From: Coriobacteriia bacterium
Lineage (GTDB): Bacteria; Actinomycetota; Coriobacteriia; Anaerosomatales; JAAXUF01
Length of the DNA stretch: 64,000 nucleotides
Assembly (NCBI GenBank): GCA_038249135.1
Contig: JBBRWO010000001.1
Span: 24,876 to 88,875, forward strand
Direction of reading: 5' to 3'
Shown one piece after another: positions 58,176-64,000 of the stretch. The translations under genes and the position numbers were made by a program. How positions within the stretch are numbered: the first letter of the stretch is position 1; each line of letters starts with the position of its first letter. A model generated the notes under the pieces. It ran no database searches, was not told where the DNA came from, and saw only the letters and a list, made by a program, of their open reading frames with translations.

Positions 58176-59273
58176 TTAGGCCGACAGCGAAGTTGACGAC
58201 ACGAACGGGGTCTTGACCACTTTCGCGGTCAGGGTCTTCTTTCGAACCTCCACCGCAAGCTCGGTACCTTGGGCGGCGAGATCGACCGGCACATACGCCG
58301 TGGCGATACCCGTCTCAAGTGTCGGTGAGAAGCTTCCGCTCGCTACCTTACCCACGACGGTCCCGCCATGCAATACGTTCATGCCAGGCCGAGGAATCGC
58401 GCCAGCGACCACGAGCCCGACAAGTTTGGTTTTGGGACCACGAGCGCGGACCTCGGCGACCGGGCTTGCCCCGATGTAGTCCTGCTTGTCCTTGGGTACC
58501 ACCCATCCCAATCCCGCGGATATCGGGTCGATGGTGCGATCCATGTCGCTGCCGTAGAGCGGATAGCCCATTTCCAGTCGAAGCGTGTCGCGCGCGCCAA
58601 GACCTGCGGGTGTGACCTCACCAAAGGAAAGCAACGCTCTCCACAGAATCGGGGCGTCTTGTGCACGGCAGATAATCTCAACGCCGTCCTCGCCGGTGTA
58701 TCCGGTTCGAGCAACGAGAGCTGGAAGGGTATCCAGAACCGCATCGCCTATATGGAAACGGGCGGGCGCCAGCCAGTCCGCACCGGCGAGCTCGCGTACG
58801 ATTCTCAGGGCTTCGGGACCTTGAACGGCGATGAGCCCAGTCCGCTCGGACTCGTCGACCATCTCGATGTCATCCGGCGCGTGTTCGCTAAGCCACGCGA
58901 AGTCGGTCTCGGCGTTCGAGGCGTTCGCGATGATGAGGTATTCGAGGTCACCCGTGTGATAGACGATAAGGTCGTCGATGATGTGGCCGCCGGCGTCGAG
59001 CATGAGGGTGTACTGTGCCGAGCCCAGTTCCGAGATCCGCGCGAGATCGTTGGTGAGCATTCGCTGGAGGAAATCAAATGCCCCGAACCCGAAGATGCGA
59101 AACTCGGCCATATGACAGACATCAAAGATGCCGACTGAGGAGCGAACGGCCCGGTGCTCCTCGATGATGCCTGCGTACTGCACGGGCATCTCCCACCCAG
59201 CGAACGGAACCATTCTTGCACCGAGGGCAAGATGTTCATCGTAGAGTGGGGTGCGCTTCAGAGCGTCTGACAT
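58176..59273 (-). CDS. gcvT: Glycine cleavage system aminomethyltransferase
   Basis: [39 protein letters not shown]. Confidence 0.96.
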   Translation of the reverse strand: MSDALKRTPLYDEHLALGARMVPFAGWEMPVQYAGIIEEHRAVRSSVGIFDVCHMAEFRIFGFGAFDFLQRMLTNDLARISELGSAQYTLMLDAGGHIIDDLIVYHTGDLEYLIIANASNAETDFAWLSEHAPDDIEMVDESERTGLIAVQGPEALRIVRELAGADWLAPARFHIGDAVLDTLPALVARTGYTGEDGVEIICRAQDAPILWRALLSFGEVTPAGLGARDTLRLEMGYPLYGSDMDRTIDPISAGLGWVVPKDKQDYIGASPVAEVRARGPKTKLVGLVVAGAIPRPGMNVLHGGTVVGKVASGSFSPTLETGIATAYVPVDLAAQGTELAVEVRKKTLTAKVVKTPFVSSTSLSA

Positions 59274-59334
59274 ATGTCGGGACCACCTTTCCATAGGGGT
59301 GAGTCGACCTCGCGGGCAGGCAAAGAGTACCGTA

Positions 59335-60594
59335 TCAGCCGAGGACGGCACGCCAGACGCGCACGATGCCGATCCATATCCTGTGCAGTGGGTTTGGTTT
59401 CCTGACATCGTACTTGGCGACGAGCGGAATGCTTGCGATCTGTCGTCCGGCCTGTGTGAACGTCACAACACCAACTGTCTGGCCTGCCTTCACCGGGGCC
59501 CTGGTTGCTGCCACGGTAACGGTCTTGGTGATTGGGCCATTGAGATCGAGAACCGGGACTGTCGCATCAATTGGAACGATCGCAGGCACGCTCACGTCGA
59601 GAAAGTCACTGACCGGAGCCTCGGCGAGGACTGACCCTGAGGTGGCGAGGCTCTGTGGGCGATAGTGAGCAAACCCCCAATCAAGCAGTTCCCGTGCATC
59701 TCTGAACCGCGCCGATTCCGTTTCGGTTCCGAGAACGACGGCGTAGAGGCCGATGTTGTTACGCTCGGCAGATCCGACGACACAGTACCCCGCATCAGAT
59801 GTGTAACCGGTTTTGATGCCCGTGACACCCTGATAGTTGTTGATGAGCACATTTGTATTGGGAAGCGTTTCCTTACGCGAGCCGGTGCCGATGGTTACTT
59901 GCTTCATTCCGACAATCGACTTGAACGCGGGTTTGGACATCGCGTACCGGGCGAGGACGGCGAGGTCGCGGGCGCTGGTCTTGTGTCCGGGTGCGTCGAG
60001 ACCATGTGCATTGCTGAAATGGGTGTCCGAAAGGCCGAGCTCGGATGCCTTCTTGTTCATCATGCCGACAAATTCGTCCGTCGAACCTGCGACGTGAATC
60101 GCAATTGCCTGCGCGGCGTCGTTGCCGGACTTCACCAGGAGCGCTTCGAGGATGTCGTGCATCGTGAGGCGATCCCCTCGCCGCAGAAATGACGTCGACT
60201 CGCCTACCCTTAGGGCCGCGGCGGTGACGTCGACCGTCTCGGTGAGTGAAGAACTCTCCAACGCGACGACAGCTGTCATGATCTTGGTGATGCTCGCCAT
60301 CGCACGGCGGCTATCGGCGCTGCGAGACCACAGTACACGGCCGTCGCCGTCCACGAGGATGCCCGCACGCATGGTCACGTCGGGCGTGGCCTTAGCGAGA
60401 GCGCCGAGCTCTGAGATGGCAACGCCGTCAATAGTGTCGCTCGGCCTGGATACAGCAGACGCAGAACTCAAGGTCGCGGGAAGGAGCACCGCACACGCCA
60501 GCAAGAAAGTGAGTGCGCGGTTCATCAAGGACGTCGCACGGGGCTTGTGACCTGCGTTGTGTATGCCGATACTGGCGCTAGAGGGCGAGCGCAT
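59335..60594 (-). CDS. D-alanyl-D-alanine carboxypeptidase (S11)
   Basis: SxxK (SITK), SGN, KTG motifs; PBP5 C-terminal domain. Confidence 0.93.
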   Translation of the reverse strand: MRSPSSASIGIHNAGHKPRATSLMNRALTFLLACAVLLPATLSSASAVSRPSDTIDGVAISELGALAKATPDVTMRAGILVDGDGRVLWSRSADSRRAMASITKIMTAVVALESSSLTETVDVTAAALRVGESTSFLRRGDRLTMHDILEALLVKSGNDAAQAIAIHVAGSTDEFVGMMNKKASELGLSDTHFSNAHGLDAPGHKTSARDLAVLARYAMSKPAFKSIVGMKQVTIGTGSRKETLPNTNVLINNYQGVTGIKTGYTSDAGYCVVGSAERNNIGLYAVVLGTETESARFRDARELLDWGFAHYRPQSLATSGSVLAEAPVSDFLDVSVPAIVPIDATVPVLDLNGPITKTVTVAATRAPVKAGQTVGVVTFTQAGRQIASIPLVAKYDVRKPNPLHRIWIGIVRVWRAVLG

Positions 60595-60753
60595 TTCGCG
60601 CCTTTCGCGAGGGGGTCTGTCTCGAATTACACGACCGACTTTTGTGCGGACCGCTCGGAGAGTGTACTACGAGAGTTGACCGTGCCCCCTCTCAGGTGGC
60701 ATCTGTAGTTAGCCGCTGTAATGATGTTTTGAATACCACGAGAGCAGGTTCCG

Positions 60754-61572
60754 ATGAAGTACTCACGATTCGAGCAGTTGATTATCGGGCTGGGCGGTCT
60801 GGCCATTCTCGGTTCCCTGGCGCTGTCGCTCCAAAGCGGTGGTCCGGGCCTGATTGAAGTCGTCGCCCAACTGCTCCTGTTCGCGGTTCTGGTGGTTGCG
60901 GTGCACTGGGGACGTCGCGCCGGCCTATACGCAGCGATCGGCGCATCGCTCGTCTATATCGCGCTGCGAGTCCCGGCTCTTTCATCATCTGAGAATCTGA
61001 CTGTTGAGGGATTGATCTTCATGGTTGCCCGAATCGCTGCGTTCGGGCTCATCGGTATCGTCGGCGGTGAGGTGTGCAGCAGGATCAAGTACGTGTTCGC
61101 TCGATTCGATGATTCCAACACGATCGATGACTGGAGCCGCGTATACAACCAGCGCCACGCGTCCCGTGCCATCGAGCAGGCGCGCGCTCGCTACACCAGA
61201 TACGGGGAACCGTTCTCGTTGGTGATTCTCACTCTCTCCCCGGCCATTACGGTCGACATGACGCCACAAAGACAGCGGTCGTTGATTCGCACCGTTGCCA
61301 ACTACCTGCGCGATGACATTCGCATGGTTGACGAGGTGGGCCGACTCGATGATGGTCGTTTCGTGGTGTTGCTTCCCCATACTCCTCGCGAAGGCGGCGA
61401 AGTGGTGACCGCAAGACTCGCCGCAGGGCTGCGTCAGACAGTCGGAGCCAAAGCGGAATCCGTCACTGCGGTCTGCATGGGGGCAGCTGAGGATACCGTC
61501 GCACTGGCATCCCTCAACGCCGAACTGCTGGGCGACGAGGATTCAGACGTTCGGGAGAACTACGGAACGTAA
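60754..61572 (+). CDS. Membrane protein with a degenerate GGDEF-like domain
   Basis: About 4 TM segments; IDDWSRVYNQR (D.LTG..NR-like); RMVD..GRLDDGRFVVLLP. Confidence 0.75.
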   Translation: MKYSRFEQLIIGLGGLAILGSLALSLQSGGPGLIEVVAQLLLFAVLVVAVHWGRRAGLYAAIGASLVYIALRVPALSSSENLTVEGLIFMVARIAAFGLIGIVGGEVCSRIKYVFARFDDSNTIDDWSRVYNQRHASRAIEQARARYTRYGEPFSLVILTLSPAITVDMTPQRQRSLIRTVANYLRDDIRMVDEVGRLDDGRFVVLLPHTPREGGEVVTARLAAGLRQTVGAKAESVTAVCMGAAEDTVALASLNAELLGDEDSDVRENYGT

Positions 61573-61985
61573 AGATCTGTAGCGTCGAGTACACGGAACC
61601 CTGCAGACTTGAGCACGTTGTCGGCGTTGAAACCGTCCACCTTGAACACATCGACCGCTGCGTCTGCACCAGGCCTGACGTAGCAGTAGGCGTATTCGAC
61701 GTTCACTCCCCCAGCCTCAAGTGCTTCCAACACATCCGCGAGACCTCCTGGCCGGTCGGGGACCTCCACGGCCGTCACTTGGGTGAGTGACACTCCGAAT
61801 CCATGTTGCTCAAGAAGCGACTGAGCGGCCTGGGGCCGATCGCTGATGATTCTGACAACGCCGAACTGCTCTGTATCGGCGACCATGAGGGCGTGCATAT
61901 CGATGCCGGCGTCTCCCAACGCACGAGTGAGCTGCGCTAGGCGGCCGGTACTGTTCTCGAGAAACACGGAGACCTGCTGAATCAT
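61560..61985 (-). CDS. Tandem ACT domain protein
   Basis: QVSVFLENSTGRL...DRPGGL...VNVEYAY; follows paaK. Confidence 0.9.
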   Translation of the reverse strand: MIQQVSVFLENSTGRLAQLTRALGDAGIDMHALMVADTEQFGVVRIISDRPQAAQSLLEQHGFGVSLTQVTAVEVPDRPGGLADVLEALEAGGVNVEYAYCYVRPGADAAVDVFKVDGFNADNVLKSAGFRVLDATDLYVP

Positions 61986-61989
61986 CGGA

Positions 61990-63297
61990 TCACGCACCCT
62001 TCTGCTCAGAGCGAAGATCGACGACACGCTTTGCTTTGCCCTCGCTGCGCGCGATTGATTTGGGCTCAACCAGTTTGACCGCGATGGAGACGGCGAGGGC
62101 GGACTCGATGGCCGTCTTGACCCGATTCTGGAGTCGTTCGAGCTCCCTCACCTCATCGAAACCGAACTCCGGGGCAACTTCGACGTGAACCTCGACATGG
62201 TCGAGCACTCCGCGCTTGGAAAGTATCACCTGGTAGTGCGGAGCAACGCCCTCGACGCCACCCAGCACCTGCTCGATCTGGCTCGGAAAGACGTTAACTC
62301 CTCTGATGATGAGCATGTCGTCCGTTCTGCCGGTGACGCGCTCGATGCGGCGGAAGGTTCTGCCACAGGCGCACTCTCCAGGGATGATGCGCGAGATGTC
62401 ACGAGTGCGATAGCGGATGACCGGAATGCCTTCCTTTGTGAGGGTGGTGAATACCACTTCCCCATACTCGCCGTCCTCGACCGGCTCAAAGGTAGCCGGA
62501 TCAACCACCTCCACCAGGAAGTGGTCCTCGAACACGTGAAGTCCGTGTTGCTCCGTGCACTCGGACGCGACTCCCGGTCCCATGACCTCCGAGAGCCCGT
62601 AGATGTCGATCGCCTTGATCCCCAGGGCGCTTTCAATCTGATCGCGCATACTCTCGCTCCAGGGCTCGGCCCCGAACACCCCGACACGAAGCGGAAGCTC
62701 CCGAGGGTCGATGCCCAGTTCAACCGCAGTTTCAGCAATCAGAAGTGCGTAGCTCGGCGTGCATGCGAGCGCGGTGACGGCAAAGTCCTTCAGAATCTGC
62801 ACCTGCCGTTTGGTGTTGCCTCCGGATACCGGAATCGTCAGGGCACCGAGCCGCTCAGAACCGTAGTGCGCGCCTAGGCCGCCGGTGAACAGACCGTACC
62901 CGTACGTGACCTGAACCACATCATCGGCAGTCAGACCCGCTGAGGCGTAGGTACGCGCCATGAGGTCGGACCAACGATCGATATCACCACGCGTGTACCC
63001 GACAACGGTGATTTGACCGGTGGTGCCTGAAGACGAGTGCACTCGTACGATGTCACGCAATGGCACAGCGAACATGCCATACGGGTACGCTGCGCGCAGA
63101 TCGTCCTTTACGGTGAATGGGACTCGCGCGAGATCTGAGAGTGAGGTCACGGAGCTCGGGTCGAATCCGGCGTCATCGAACTTCTTACGGTACAGAGGAA
63201 CCGAGTCGTAGACCCGTCGCAGAAGTATCTGAAGTCGCTGGAGCTGAAGATCTTCAAGCTCATGACGTACCATTGATTCAAGTTCCGGCTGAAACAT
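61990..63297 (-). CDS. paaK: Phenylacetate--CoA ligase
   Basis: HSSSGTTG, YGLFTGGLG, GAEPW, DIYGLSE, RYRTRD, GRTDDMLIIRGVNVFPSQIE. Confidence 0.93.
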   Translation of the reverse strand: MFQPELESMVRHELEDLQLQRLQILLRRVYDSVPLYRKKFDDAGFDPSSVTSLSDLARVPFTVKDDLRAAYPYGMFAVPLRDIVRVHSSSGTTGQITVVGYTRGDIDRWSDLMARTYASAGLTADDVVQVTYGYGLFTGGLGAHYGSERLGALTIPVSGGNTKRQVQILKDFAVTALACTPSYALLIAETAVELGIDPRELPLRVGVFGAEPWSESMRDQIESALGIKAIDIYGLSEVMGPGVASECTEQHGLHVFEDHFLVEVVDPATFEPVEDGEYGEVVFTTLTKEGIPVIRYRTRDISRIIPGECACGRTFRRIERVTGRTDDMLIIRGVNVFPSQIEQVLGGVEGVAPHYQVILSKRGVLDHVEVHVEVAPEFGFDEVRELERLQNRVKTAIESALAVSIAVKLVEPKSIARSEGKAKRVVDLRSEQKGA

Positions 63298-63346
63298 TCG
63301 TCCCCCTCACTCGGCCGTACCGGACGCCGAGCGAGATGCAGCGGCG

Positions 63347-64000
63347 CTATCTGGTGGAAGTTCCATCCTTGCTGCTGAGGGGCTTGGTCCCGACTCGAAC
63401 GATCTGTGTTTTGGGTCGATACACCGATTTGAACGAATCGGTGCGGACAATCCTACCGCTCTTGGAGACGGTTCGCGTCACAACACAACTGCGCCCCGTG
63501 ATACCACTCTCTTCGATGACCTTGATACCGGTACCGAGCGTGGGGTCTTTCGTTGTCTGGGTACCAAACGGCTTTTCGTTGGTGAACGGGCCCGTCTTAG
63601 AGTCGACCTGATAGCCGGGATCGGTGCCATAGAGAGAAATCGTGATGGAGCTACTACTGTACGCGACTGACACCATCACCCAGTTCTCGGTGTCATTCTC
63701 GAACTTGAGATCAGGGCCGCCCCACGACACGGTGGCGTCGCGACCCTTTGGATAGTGGCTGATATAGAAGGAATGGTTGTGCCTCTCCTTGACGGGCAGA
63801 CCGCTGAGGAAGATCGCGTTGAAGAGGGTTGTGCCGACCTGGCAGATTCCTCCGCCCAGCTGCGGCACCAGTTTACCGTTCACGATGGCCGCAGCCTCTT
63901 GGTATCCCTTCGCCGCAGTTCGTTCGCCAATCGCGCCGTTGAACGAGAACGTGCCGCCGGGGGCCACGAGCTTCCCGTCCAACGCGTCACCAAGCGTGTG
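63347..64000 (-). CDS. VanW family protein with C-terminal G5-like domain (5' truncated)
   Basis: FSFN, GGGICQVGTTLFNA, ERHNHS, GRDATV, DLKFEN. Confidence 0.9.
   Translation of the reverse strand, partial: HTLGDALDGKLVAPGGTFSFNGAIGERTAAKGYQEAAAIVNGKLVPQLGGGICQVGTTLFNAIFLSGLPVKERHNHSFYISHYPKGRDATVSWGGPDLKFENDTENWVMVSVAYSSSSITISLYGTDPGYQVDSKTGPFTNEKPFGTQTTKDPTLGTGIKVIEESGITGRSCVVTRTVSKSGRIVRTDSFKSVYRPKTQIVRVGTKPLSSKDGTSTR

Noticed and set aside
1-64000. CRISPR arrays, tRNA/rRNA genes, IS elements, prophage or defence islands
   Set aside because: No regularly spaced direct repeats, cloverleaf or rRNA signatures, transposase/integrase ORFs or compositional islands were seen by eye.

Overview
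High-GC core chromosome of a deep-branching, probably anaerobic actinobacterium. It is Coriobacteriia-like, inferred from Cheo-type SOS boxes, lexA-LysM-nrdR and FHA-MerR(FtsR-like) synteny, alongside Firmicutes-like spoVS, rny, dapL, split gcvPA/PB and LipM-like genes. Positions 1-43.6 kb are almost all + strand housekeeping genes (infB to pnp, dap genes, rnj, ftsK, rimO, recA, rny, miaB/miaA, hflX, lexA, nrdR, dut, nucleobase permeases). Positions 43.9-64 kb are almost all - strand (iorAB, NlpC/P60, apt, hpt, glycine cleavage system, dac, paaK, VanW). A 28-bp dif-like site at 43762-43789 lies exactly at this convergence, so the window probably spans the replication terminus. No tRNA, rRNA, CRISPR array or mobile element was seen. 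The best leads are: (1) a cassette linking a single-motif RsiG-like c-di-GMP anti-sigma factor, an unknown 87-aa protein, a Zn-ribbon-FHA protein, an FtsR-like MerR regulator, a PD-(D/E)XK-like protein and a variant HPRT; (2) two unannotated long rod-like RNA candidates, one 6S-like at 45174-45330 and one in the rny leader; (3) RibF carrying two tandem extra C-terminal domains; (4) an orphan MutL-like GHKL ATPase between rny and spoVS; (5) a degenerate GGDEF membrane protein with an intact RxxD site. All calls come from reading motifs and synteny by eye; no database search or folding program was run.
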